Notes: a model not told the origin generated them from the sequence alone. Numbered from the stretch's first letter, positions 13,157-25,420 are shown. The stretch: 64,000 nucleotides of DNA from Chiloscyllium plagiosum (GCF_004010195.1 NC_057749.1:6167933-6231932); one strand, 5' to 3'. Translations and numbers: made by a program.

Positions 13157-14095
13157 ATAGAGTCATGGAGATGTACAGCATGGAAACAGACCCTTCAGTC
13201 CAACTCGTCCATGCTGACCATATATCAATCTAGTCTCACCTGCCAGCACCCGGCCCATGTCCCTCCAAACCCTTCCTATTCATATACCCATCCAGATGCC
13301 TTTTAAATGTTACACTTGTACCAGCCTCCACCACTTCCTCTGGCAGCCCATTCCATACACGCACCACCCTCTGAGTGAAAATGTTGCCCCTTAGGTCTCT
13401 TTTATATCTTTCCACTCTCACCCTAAACCTCTGCCCTCTAGTTCTGGGTTCCCTCATCCCAGTGAAAATACCTTGTCTATTTACCCAATCCATGCTCCTC
13501 ATGATTTTATAAATCTCTACAAGGTCACCCCTCAGCCTCTGACGCTCCAGGGAAAACAGCCCCAGCCTATTCAACCTCTCCCTACAGCTCAAATCCTCTA
13601 ACCCTGGCAACATCCTTGTAAATCTTTTCTGAACCCTTTCAAGTTTCACAACATCCTTCTGATAGGAAGGAGACCAGAATTGCACGCAATTTTCCAACAG
13701 TGGCCTAACCAATGTCCTGTACAGCCGCAACATGACCTCCCAACTCCTGTACTCAATAAAGGAAAGCACACCAAATGCCTTCTTCACTATCCTATCTACC
13801 TGCGACTCCACTTTCAAGGAGCTATGAACCTGTAGTCCTAAGTCTCTTTGTTCAGCAATATTCCTTAGGATCTTACCATTAAGTGCATAAGTCCTGATAA
13901 GGTTTGCTTTCCCAAAATGCAGCACCTCGCATTTATCAAAATTAAGCTCCATCTGCCACTTCTCAGCCCATTGCTCATGTGATCAAGATCCCATTGTAAT
14001 TCAAGGTAACCTTCTTCGCTGTCCACTACACCTCCAATTACTAACTATAAAAAGATACTAACTATATCTTTTAAGCTCACATCAAAATCATTGCA
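13157..14095 (-). mobile_element. 5'-truncated CR1 LINE inserted into the Gypsy integrase
   Basis: The 238-aa ORF 13236-13952 is the CR1 RT C-terminus (LYRTLVRPLLENCVQFWSP, RLRGDL). The tail is at 13157. The integrase is split at IRD|, with atctc on both sides. Confidence 0.93.
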
Positions 14096-16397
14096 ATCTC
14101 TGATTGGAAAAAGTCGAAACGGAACTCCCTTTCTCCAATCATTTGGATAGTCCTGATCATCAGCCCTCAATATGGCCGTTAATGTTTGATGCCATCTCTC
14201 TAGTGCTCCCTGTGATTGTGGATGGTATGCCGTAGATTTGAATTGCTTTATTCCCAAGTTATTCATAACCTCCTTGAATGGTTTGGATGTGAACTTTGAC
14301 CCTTGATTGGACTGTATCTCTATTGTTAGTCTGTATCTAGGAAAAACTTTGAATAATTCTTCTACAACCTGTTTAGCTGTGATATTGCATAATGGGACTA
14401 CCTCAGGAAATCTAGTCAATGCATCCGTCATTGTTAATAAATACTTATTCCCACTTTTTGCTTGAGGTAAGGGACCTACGCAATCAATCAAGACTCTTGT
14501 GAAAGGTTCCTCAAATGTTGGAATAGGTATTGAAGGTGCAGGCTTTATTACTGCCTGTGGTTTTCCGATTAGCTGACATGTATTAGCTGGCTGTACAGGT
14601 CACCTGGCAAAATTCAACTTCATCCCTGTGCAGTCCAGGCCAGTAAAAATGTCTTTGTATTTTAGCCTGTGTTTTCCTCACTCCTAAATGATCTCAAGTG
14701 GTAGCTCATGTGCCACTTGCAGCACCTCCTTTCTGTCACCTACTGGCAAAACAATTTAATGAACTTCTGCCCATTTCTCATCTGCTTGACTGTGTGATGG
14801 TCTCCATTTCATTACTAAGACATCATTTTGTTAAGTAATAACACACAGGATGCATTCACCCTCCTTCTCTGCATATGCCTTTTGATACAACTGTTTTAAG
14901 TTCTCATCTTTCTGCTGTAACTCAATAAGCTGAGCAGAGCTAAAGATACTTGCATTTCTAAAATTTGGGTCCCGCTCTGTCCCACTCATTTGATCAAAAA
15001 AAGTCTTTGATAATGCTACTTCCTTATCTGTGCCTTTTGATTTCTCTTGCTTCAGCTTGTGACTCTATGATCTTGTTACTACACAATCAGGGAAGATTCC
15101 TGAATAAACGTCTGCATTTCTTCAGTTGCCTATGTCTCCACTGGCTTTTTAACTAGAGTAGGCAGCACGCCTACCTGTGAATCAGCTATATCATTTGAAG
15201 GGCAAATTGTATTCCTGGGGCTGAGAGTTTGTCCAGTACACCTACCACATATTCTCCACTCTTTTCTGGACAGTTTAGCCTCACTTTTTGTCTCACTATG
15301 GATTTCCGTTACCAGTATCTTTTCTGGCAATAGTCCTTCAGGAGTACATATCTCCTCATTCTTTAGCATCACAAACTGAGAGAATCCTGTGTCCCTTAAT
15401 ATTGTAACTTCTTTACCTACTACTCCTGGCCTGTGTGAATACATTTTTATATTTTTTAGCAGATCTGGCACTTCCTCCTTAATCAACCTCTGATGCAGCT
15501 TTTTAGCTTCCATTGGGCTGTTTGTTACCATGCCAACAAAACTTCCAGGCTTGTCTTATTTTCCTACATCTGGCTTTCCCCCAGCCCACCAGCACTGTGA
15601 TTTCATGTGACCCACTTTATTACAATGAAAACACCGGAGCCTTTTTACCTTCTGTGTCCCCCTCATGGGTTTCTTTTTCACCCTGTGGTAAATTATCTTT
15701 ATGATCTTCACTGAGATCTACCTTTCCCTTTCCACGTGAGGATATCTCTTTGCCCCAGTTTCTATCCCTCATGGACTAAAATTGATTCTGGAGGCCAAAC
15801 TGTGTTTTATGGACCAGCTCATAATCATCAGCCACTTCAGCTGCTAACCTTGCCGTTTCAAACTCTTCAACATGAGTTTGCGCTGCTTCAAGCAGTAATT
15901 TTTTGAATTCCTTCAAATTAATTACCTCTCTAAGGGCATGGTAGGTTTGCTTTACTTTTTATAGCTCTTATCCATCTATCAGAATTTACTTTGTTTGATC
16001 CTTTCAAACTTAACATAGGTTTGATCAGGGTTTCTCCTTAAATCCCTGAAATGTTGTCCATTGGCTCCCGGGTATGTTCACATGCACTTATGTTGGTTTT
16101 TTCACCTCCTCATACTTCCCAGAAATTTCCTCTGATCGTGATCTCTCGCCCTACCTGCAAGTTTTGTTTAGATCAACAAAACCCACATGGTCACTACATT
16201 TGTTTAGCCACTTTTCCAAATGAGATGGAAAAGGCTTCCACGTGCCTTTCATCAAACTTAGGCAATGCTTGACCGTACTTAAACATTTCCCATCAGGCTT
16301 TCGCCCAGCATGGATTTGCTCATCCCCACTCTCTTCTTCACTAGACTTGCCTTTAGCCTTCATCTCCATCCTTTTAAGCTGACTTCCCTTTTTAAGT

Positions 16398-16609
16398 AAG
16401 CAAAAGTGAGGACTGCAGATGCTGGAAACCAGAATTTAGATCAGAGTGGTGCTGGAAAAGCACAGCAGGTCAGGCAGCATCCGAGGAGCAGGAAAATCGA
16501 CGTTTTGGGCAAAAGCCCTTCATCAGGAATCCTGATGAAGGGCTTTTGCCCGAAACGTCGATTTTCCTGCTCCTCGGATGCTGCCTGGCCTGCTGTGCTT
16601 TTCCAGCAG
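16398..16609 (-). mobile_element. Fold-back Penelope-like element (family A) inserted into Gypsy gag
   Basis: Inverted arms centred at ~16529. TSD ttc(c/t)ctttttaagt at 16384-16397 and 16610-16623. Confidence 0.85.
16528..16563 (+). ncRNA. Minimal type-I hammerhead ribozyme motif
   Basis: aatc-CTGATGA-a-gggc-tttt-gccc-GAAA-c-GTC-gatt, with stem I aatc/gatt. The mirror copy on the - strand has GAAA>AAAA. Confidence 0.75.
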
Positions 16610-17051
16610 TTCTCTTTTTAAGTGTCAGTTTTTGCAGTTCAAACTCTCTTTCTCTTTCTCTTCTGCTTCTAACCGTAATTCAAACTGTTTCATTTCTGCT
16701 GCCGTTTCCTTATCTCTCGCCTCTAACTCAAGCTGCTTCATTTGCAATTGAATTCTTGCCATCTCTATATATCCTGATGGTGTTTCCAGCAACTTTAAAT
16801 GCTGAGCTACTGCTGAAATCACCACATCTTTCCTCACATTAGGACGTAACTTCAACGCCAGCTTGTCTACTAACTCCTGCAGCTTGGTCTTCTTCGCCTT
16901 CTGTAAAACTTCCAAAGTCACCTTGTCCACCTCCAGAAAGCTCTTGGTGACTAAGAGAGCCATTGTTATCCCAAGCTTTGTCTACCCAACCAAACCAACA
17001 CCTGAAATAAAGACACTAGCACCTACGACCTACCACAAAGAGCCCCGAGTC

Positions 17052-17670
17052 TGTTATGCACTAGGCCAGACCACTCAAAGCATTCTTAAGCAGGCAGGCC
17101 AGACTGTAACTTTGCAACTTGTTTCAGTAAGTACACAGTGAAAATGACCTGGAGTATGTTAGCTGGGTTGACTACCAGGTTTTAAAACAGACAAAAATTT
17201 ATTCACAAAATTACAGAATGAAACACAAAGAACAGAATATAGAATACCCACAGAATTCAGACTATCCCAAACTAGACTTAATTATGCTGTTCCGAATATA
17301 CACAACGGTCCCAATAAACAAGATCCTTAAGCACAGTAAAAATGAAACAGAGGCTCACAGGTTGAAGTGAGAAGGGCAGAAACGGAGACAGTTTAGCAGC
17401 GTGTTTCCACATAGCTCCTGCTGCACTGACTAACAACAATTCCGCTTCCAGGACTGACCACTCCCCTTTCATCATAAAGATTACTTCTAAAACATAATAG
17501 TTTTGGCCTAAGGTCTCATCTGTTTATGTATAAGCAAATACCCTTTCATGTCTGTACCAAACCAGTCAATCCAGAGCCCAGACTGATTTATGACCCCTCT
17601 GAAAAAAATCAAGGACACAGTATCCTTCAGAAAAGGAACAGCTTTTAGACAAAGGACCAGCTTTGTCACA
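17052..17670 (-). mobile_element. 5' LTR of the Gmr1-like element
   Basis: TG...CA termini (tgttatg at 17052, gtcaca at 17670). It abuts the gag leader through a degenerate ggggctc PBS-like motif. A second partial copy lies at 53285-53480. Confidence 0.8.
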
Positions 17671-18131
17671 ATATGTTTTTGAGGGGGTTTGACCTGGTCC
17701 ATAACAGACCGGAAAAAACCTTGTCTTACTCCACCTGCTCTGGGCGTGGTCACAGCCATTTCCAGTATGCAGTTATGATGTTTGCAAGAGTAGAAGACAG
17801 CAGGCGCTGTGCTTGGCACAGTGAGTCACAGCCTGGTAATCAAGGAGCCCCCACAAGCCTCCATGTTCCTTTCTTCCTGGCTTTCCTGTTGAGCCCACCA
17901 GTGTGGACCCTCCACACGATCCCAGTAATCAATTTGAATTGTGACTTAATCTCCCAGCATTACCCCCTGAGCCCAAGACAGCTTAGTTATTGTGCTGCAT
18001 TGGCCCCCACCGTCAAAGTTGCAGCGCTTGTCATTGTCAGTGATTCTCCCCTTTCTGCGTGGTGTCAGTACAGCCGCAGGGCTATGTAAGTAATGTGAAC
18101 CAACTGATCGGAGTGGCATATACCCATGCTG

Positions 18132-18349
18132 AAACTTTATTGCTGGAACAGCACAGCAGGTCAGGCAGCATCCAGGGAACAGGAGATTCGACGTTTCGGG
18201 CACAGGCCCTTCTTCATTCCTGAAGAAGGGCCTGTGCCCGAAACGTCGAATCTCCTGTTCCCTGGATGCTGCCTGACCTGCTGTGCTGTTCCAGCAATAA
18301 AGTTTCAACTTTGATCTCCAGCATCTGCAGACCTCACTTTCTCCTCGAA
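18132..18349 (+). mobile_element. Fold-back Penelope-like terminal-repeat element (family A) with a 15-bp TSD
   Basis: Perfect inverted arms centred at ~18217. TSD catatacccatgctg at 18117-18131 and 18350-18364. Confidence 0.85.
18216..18251 (+). ncRNA. Minimal type-I hammerhead ribozyme motif
   Basis: attc-CTGAAGA-a-gggc-ctgt-gccc-GAAA-c-GTC-gaat. Stem I is attc/gaat, stem II is gggc/gccc, the catalytic core and GUC triplet are intact, and stem III is vestigial. Activity is untested. Confidence 0.75.
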
Positions 18350-19617
18350 CATATACCCATGCTGTAAATTCTGTGTGATTTTATGCTCAATATAGAGGTC
18401 TTGAAGTGACCCAATTGCATAAACATGAGAAAATGCTCAAAGAGCAGACATAATCCTGCCTTACATTACTCACCTCTCAAATCAATAGTGTAAATGATGT
18501 TTAAAAATAAACCCATTTATTACTTGTGGATAATTTTGGGATTATAGGCCACTTTTGAACATGATTACCACTTAAGGTATTAAAATTGATTCTGTTGTTC
18601 TGCAATTTCTAATCTTCAATAATTTTAATCTGTACTTAAATATCGATGGGTAGGAACCAGAGCCGTGCTAAATCCCACAACAACGGATTATTTGATAAGT
18701 GACTCACTGAAGCGCTTCCCGCATTTTATGCACATTAGAAATCTTTCTCAATGCCTTTCATTCGGCAAAGGTCTAGCATGATCAGCTCAATTCTCATGCA
18801 AACCGTGCCCTTTGAAGGAGTCGCTTTATTCCTTTACAGAGAATAGACTAATAGAACTTTAATGTACGGAAAAGTACAAAGCAATCTGGAAAGTTTCAAG
18901 TCTCATTCTTGGTCTTGATAGCTATGGGAGGGGAATTTATGGCAAAAAGGTGGCAATGGCCCAGTGGTATTATCGCTGTGTTCTTAATACATAGACCTTT
19001 ATAACATTCTGTGAACCTGGGTTCAAATCCTGCTATGGCAGGTAATGGTATTTGAAGCTAATAACAGCAGAAACAAATTTTGGATTAAGAGTCTAATGAT
19101 GTCCATAAATTGATTGTGGGGAGGAGCCACCACCTAATGCCCTGGCAGGTAGGACAGACCCATAGCCTTTCCCTGTAATGAAACTGAAGCATGGTTCTTT
19201 TATTATTGCCCTCGATAAAATCATCAACTGTGCAGTGACAGGCGATGAAACCTTTATAACATTTTCATTCCATTCATTGCATGAAACCATTAAGAATGAG
19301 GAGAAAATTCTGAGGAACGCAACTTTGCATAATTTTCTTTTCACCCATTGACAGTAATTTCTCCATGGGGAATAAAGGATTTGCTAGCATGTTGCAAGTA
19401 ATCAGTAGATTAATGCCTCTGTTACTAGCTAGGAGGATTACTGGAATTAATCCATTAATGCAAGGCAAAACCGTGCACACTCTGAATGACTTCACATTTA
19501 ACACACAATTTAATCTGATTTGGCCTGGCTAATCTCAGAAAAGTGACAGTCATATTATAGCCACATCTCTATTATTTCTTGGAGTATAGGTATGAGTTAT
19601 GAATCAATTCTGATGGG

Positions 19618-20281
19618 TCATAGAGTCATAGAGATGTACAGCAGGGAAACAGACCCTTTGGTCCAACCTGTCCATCCCACCCATTATCCCAACCTAATCT
19701 AGTCCCACCTGCCAGCACCCGGCCCGTATCCCTCCAAACCTTTCCTATTCATATACTCATCCAAATGCCTCTTAAATGTTGCAATTGTACCAGCCTCCAC
19801 CACTTCCTCTGGCAGCTCATTCCATACACGTACCACTCTCTGCGTGAAAATGTTGCCCCTTAGGTCTCTTTTCTATCTTTTCCCTCTCACCCATAACCTA
19901 TACCCTCTAGTTCTGGACTCCCCCACCGCAGGGAAAATACTTTGTCTATTTACCCTACCCATGCCCCTCATGATTTTACAAATCTCTATAAGGTCACCCC
20001 CTCAGCCAACGCTCCAGGGAAAACAGCCCCAGGCTATTCAGCCTCTCCCTATAGCTCAAATCCTCTAACCCTGGCAACATCCTTGTAAATCTTTTCTGAA
20101 CCCTTTCAAGTTTCACAACATCCTTCTGATAGGAAGGAGACCAGAATTGCATGCAATATTCCAACAGCGGCCTAACCAATGTCCTGTACAGCTGCAACAT
20201 GATCTCCCAACTCCTGTACTCAATACTCTGACCAATAAAGGAAAGCATACCAAATGCCTTCTTCACTATCCTATCTACCTA
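19618..20281 (-). mobile_element. CR1 LINE 3' fragment
   Basis: ORF 19994-20266 LYRTLVRPLLEYCMQFWSP, with a tcatagagtcatagag tail. Confidence 0.92.
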
Positions 20282-20990
20282 AGAAAGTCTCAATAGAAAT
20301 GTTGAGTGAAAGTGATTCTGATCTATAATTGACACTTTTTTCAAGCTAGTCTAAGAACTTGTTTTGCACTTTAAGGCAAACTATCCCCCTTTACCTAATA
20401 GGAAACACACACCACTTTGCCTTCCAATTGAGCGTAGCTTACAAAATACAAAATGTTTAAGCTGCAGTGGTTAGAGTCTGTACCTCTGGACAGAAGCTCT
20501 GAGTTCACTTCCCACTCCAGAATTTGATGGTGAGGAAAAGTGCAACATTACACAATCTAGAATGTTGGTTATCAATCTGCCTATCTTTCTGATTGCCAAT
20601 GGCAGGCTGTAAGAGCAGGCCAGTTTCCTGTTGCTGCAAATTAAATGATTTCGACTTCAGATACTTGCTATAAGCCAGTGTCATTCCCTTTCTGAGAGCC
20701 AGAGAGAGAGACACACCCACACAGTGACCTCCAACTGGCTAATTGTGTGAACCATCTGAGGTTTGATCAGTCTGCTGAAGGGAGCAAAGAAGCCCTTCCA
20801 ACCTTTCCCAAAAAAGGTGATAATGTTTTCTTTTCCGTCACAAGCAAAATCAGAAATTACTGGAAGATCTCAGCATCTGTGGAGAGAAAGCAGAGTTAAT
20901 GTTTCAGGTCCAGTGACCCTACTTCAGAATTGCTGAGTTTTTACAGCAATTTCTGACTTTGCTTCTGATTTCTAGCAACTGCAGTTGCAG

Positions 20991-23900
20991 TCATAGAGTC
21001 ATAGAGATGTTCAACATGGAAACAGACCCTTCAATCCAACTAGTCCATACTGATCAGATATCCCAACCTAATCTAGTCCCACTCGCCAGCACCTAGCCCA
21101 TATCCCTCCAAACCCTTCCTATTCGCAGACCCATCCAGATGCCTTTTAAATGTTGCAATTTTACTAGCTTCCACTACTTCCTCTGGCAGCTCATTCCATA
21201 CACGTACCATCCTTTGCGTGAAAAGTTTGCCCTTATGTCTCTTTTATATCTTTCCCCACTCACCCTATACCCATGCCCTCTAGTTCTGGACGCCCCACCC
21301 CAGGGAAAAAAACTTTGTCTATTTATCCTATCCATGCCCCTCATAATTTTATAAACCGTCATGATTTTATAAGGTCACCCCCTCAGCCTCCGATGCTCCA
21401 GGGAAAACAGCCCCAGGCTATTCAGCATCTCCCCATAGCTCAAATCCTCCAACCCTGGCAACATCCTTGTAAATCGTTTCTGAACCTTTTCAAGTTTCAC
21501 AACATCTTTCCAATAGGAAGGAGACCAGAATTGCATGCAATATTCCAACAGTGGCCTAACCAATGTCATGTACAGCCGCAACATGACATCCCAACTCCTG
21601 CACTCAATAAGGTCCGAGGACCTTACCATTAAGTGTATAAGTCCTGCTCTAATTTGCTTTCCCAAAATGCAGCACATCGCATTTATCTAAATTAAACTCC
21701 ATCTGGCACTCCTCAACCCATTGGCCCAGCTGATCAAGATCCTGTTGTAATCTGAGGTAAACATCTTCACTGTCCACTACACCTCCAATTTTGTTGTCAT
21801 CTGCAAACTCACTAACTATGCCTCTTATGCTCACATCCAAATCATTTATGAAAATGACAAAAATTACTGGACCCAGCACCAATCCTTTGGCACTCCCCTG
21901 GTCACAGGCTTCCAGTCTGAAAAATAACCCTCCACCATCACTCTCTGTCTTCTACCTTTGAGCCAGTTCTGTATCCAAATGGCTAGTTCTCCCTGTATTC
22001 CATGAGATCTAATCTTGCTAATCAGTCTCCCATGGGGAGCCTTGTCGAAAGTGTTACTGAAGTCCATATGGATCACGTCCACTGCTCTGCCTTCTTTGTT
22101 GCTTCCTCAAAAAACTCAATCAAGTTTGTGAGACATGATTTCCCACGCACAAAACCATGTTGACTGTCCCTAATCAGTCCTTGCCTTTCCAAATACATGT
22201 ACATCCTGTCCCTCAGGATTCCCTCCAACAACTTGCCCAAAACCAACGTCAGGCTCACCGGTCTATAGTTCCCTGGCTTGTCCTTACTACCTTTCTTAAA
22301 TAAAGGCACCATGTTTGCCAACCTCCAGTCTTCCAGCACCTCACCTGTGACTATCGATGATACAAATATCTCAGCAAGAGGCTCAGCAATCTCTTCTCTA
22401 GCTTTCCACAGAGTTCCATGGTACACCTGATCAGATCCTGGGGTATTATCCACTTTCATGCATTTCAAGACATCCGGTATTAATCTGTAATATGGACATT
22501 TTTCAAGATGTCATCTATTTCCCTACATTCTATATCTTCCATGTCCTTCTCCACAGTAAATACTGATGCAAAATACTCGTTTACTATCTCTCCCATGTCC
22601 TGAAGCTCCACACAAAGGCCGCCTTGCTGATCTTTGAGGGGCCCTATTCTCTCCCTAGTTACCCTTTTGTCCTTAATGTATTTGTAAAAGCCCTTTGGAT
22701 TCTCCTGAACCTGATTTGTCAAAGCTATCTCATGTCCCCTTTTTGTCCTTCTGACTTCCCTCGTAAGTTTGCTCTCACTTACTTTATACTCTCCTAAGGA
22801 TTCACTTGATCTATCCTGTCTATTCCTGCCATGTGATTCCTTCTCTTTCTTAACCAAACTCTCAATTTCTCTCTTCATGCAGCGTTCCCTATATCTACCA
22901 ACCTTTCCTTCCACCCTAACAGGAATATACTTTCTCTGGACTCTCGTTATCCCATTTTCCAGCCATCCCTTTACCTGTGAACATTTGCCCCCAGTCAGTT
23001 TTCAAAAGTTCTTGCCTAATACTGTTAAAATTCACCTTCCTCCAATTTAGAACTTCAATTGTTAAATCTGGTCTATCCTTTTCAATCACTACTTAAAAAC
23101 TAATAGAGTTATGGTTCCTGGCCCCAAAGTGCTCCCCCACTGACACCTCAGTCACCTGCCCTGCCTTATTTCCCAAGAGTAGGTCAAGCTTTTCACCTTC
23201 TCTAGTAGGTACATCCACATACTGACTCAGAAAATTGTCTTGTATATACTTAAGAAATTCCTCTCCATCTAAACCCTTAACACTATGGCAGTCCCAGTCT
23301 ATGTTTGGACAGGTTAAAATCCCCTACCAGAACCACTGCTTTATTCTTAAAAATAACTGAAACCTCCTTCCAAATTTTCTCAATTTCCCACTAACTATTA
23401 GGGGCGTCTATAATATAATCCCAGTAAGTGATCATCTCTTTCTTATTTCTCAGTTCCACCCAAGTAACTTCCCTGGATGTATTTCTGGGAATATCCTCCC
23501 TCAGTACAGCTGTAATGCTACCCCTTATCAAAAACGCCACTCCCCATCCTCTCTTGCCTCCCTTTCTGTCCTTCCTATAGCATTTGTATCTGGGAACATT
23601 AAGCTGCCAGTCTTGCCCATCCCTGAGCCATGTTTCTGTAATTGCTATGATATCCCAGTCCCATGTTCCTAACTATGCCCTGAGATCATCTGCCTTCCTG
23701 CTTAGACCTCTTGCATTGAAATAAATGCAGTTTAATATATCAGTCCTACTTTGTTCTCTGCTTTGTTCCTGCCTGCTCTGACTGTTTGAGTCACTTCTTT
23801 TCTCAACTGTACCAGTCTCTTTTCTCACTATCTCCCTGGGTCCCACCCCTCCAACCTTTCTTGTTTAAATCCTCCTGAGCAGCTCTAGCAAATTTCCCTG

Positions 23901-25420
23901 CCAGTATATTAGTCCCCTTTCAATTCAGGTACAATCCATCCTTCTTGTACAGGTCATTTCCACCCCAAAAGAGATTTCAATGATCCAGAAATGTGAATCC
24001 TTCTCCCATACACCAGCTCCTCAGCCATGCAGTCATCTGCTCTATCCTCCTATTCCTGCCCTCACAAGCTCGTAGCACCAGGAGTAATCCAGATATTACT
24101 ACTCTCGAAGACCTTCTTTTTAAATTTCTGCGTAACTCTCTACATTCTCCCTTCAGAATCTCATCCTTTTCCCTTCCTATGGTGTTGGTTCCAATGTGTA
24201 CAATGTCCTCCTGCTGCCCCCTCTCCTCATTGAGAACATTCTGCATGCTCTCTGAGACATCCCTGATCCTGACACAAGGGAGGCAGCACACCATTCTGAT
24301 TTTTCACTGCTGGCCACTGAAACGTCTGTCTGTGCCTCAGACCAGAGAGTCCACTAACACAATTGATCTTTTGGAACCCGAAGTACCCCTCATTGCATTA
24401 GAGCCAGTCCAAAACAGAAACTTGGCTGATCGTGCTACATTCTCCTGAGAATCTATCATCCCCTTCATTTTCCAAAACAGCATATGTGCTTGAAATGTGG
24501 ATAGCCACAGAAGACTCCTGTACTGCCTGCCTAATTCTCCAGCCTTTCCTGCAGTTAACACATCTATCTGATTGTATTTGTGACTTTTCTCCCTTCGTAT
24601 AATTGTCATCCATCAAACCCCCCTGCTCCTGTAAATTATTTGATGCCTCTAATTGTCACTCCCATCGATCCATTCAATCTGATAGGATTTGCAACCAACG
24701 GCATTTATTACAGATATAATCCTCAGTAATATGTAAAGTCTCCCTGAGCTCCCACATCTGACATGAAGAGCATATCACTCTACTAAGGGCTATTTTTGCT
24801 TCTTACAATTTTCACACCCAGAAAATAGACCCAGACAAATTCCTCTACAAAACACTACTCCAGGCTAACTTAATATTTATGGCTTATATTTTTCAGTTTA
24901 ATCCAGAGACACATCTCAAATAAAACGTATTATCAAGAAAGAACCCACTCTACTCACTGTTGTAGATTTACATCAAAACTATACTTAAAGCTATCCACTT
25001 ATCTGTTTCTATGCGTGACCTCTCCCAAATCGGTTCCTCCAAGATCAGTTGAGAATTTCACTGCTTGTTAATTTTCCCAGACACACTCTGATGTGAAGCG
25101 ATACATGAATTCAAACACCAAAGGCAGTAACTGTGCAGGTTCACTGCTGTGTCAGTTAACAGTGTGGGTTTCTTGTTCTCTCTCTCTCCTGCACTAACTT
25201 GACCATTTGCAGCCTTTGTCTGTACCTCTCCCTTTTAAAAGTGCTGTTGTTTTGACTGTTTTTTTCTCCAAAGTTCCAAAACAGTGCAACAGCATATAAA
25301 ACAGTAATTGCTGCTCCTGGAATTTGAGGACATCACCTCCAACACCTAAAATACCTCAAAAAAGGAGCAGCATGTTACAGCCAGAAAATTTTCCCATCCT
25401 CCATCTTGGATTACCCAGAA
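20991..25420 (-). mobile_element. Near full-length, disrupted CR1 LINE: 5'UTR, ORF1 (Cys motif plus SGNH esterase), ORF2 (APE endonuclease plus RT), octamer tail
   Basis: ORF1 contains VHIGTN and RVVISGLL (23977-24294). ORF2 starts LNCIYFNARGL...IIAITETWL (~23740). RT motifs: [60 protein letters not shown]. The tail is (gactctat)n at ~20991. Multiple frameshifts and stops are present. Confidence 0.95.

Larger units (their letters stand above)
12250..17051 (-). mobile_element. Internal region of a decayed Gmr1-like Ty3/Gypsy LTR retrotransposon, order gag-PR-IN-RT, with RT truncated
   Basis: gag coiled-coil at 16625-16963. Capsid/SCAN-like segment at ~15790-16070 (ARLAAEVADDYELVHK). CCHC knuckle CFHCNKVGHMKSQC at ~15592-15633. 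Protease ILRDTG at 15130-15531. Integrase HHCC region (HLGVRKT..HFYWPGL), core IDCVGPLP/YHPQSQGALERWHQTL (14045-14491) and C-terminus FNPFELFFGHEVR/GPY (12760-13158). RT N-terminus PIKQYPYR/SPIVMVPKP at ~12300-12500. Confidence 0.92.
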
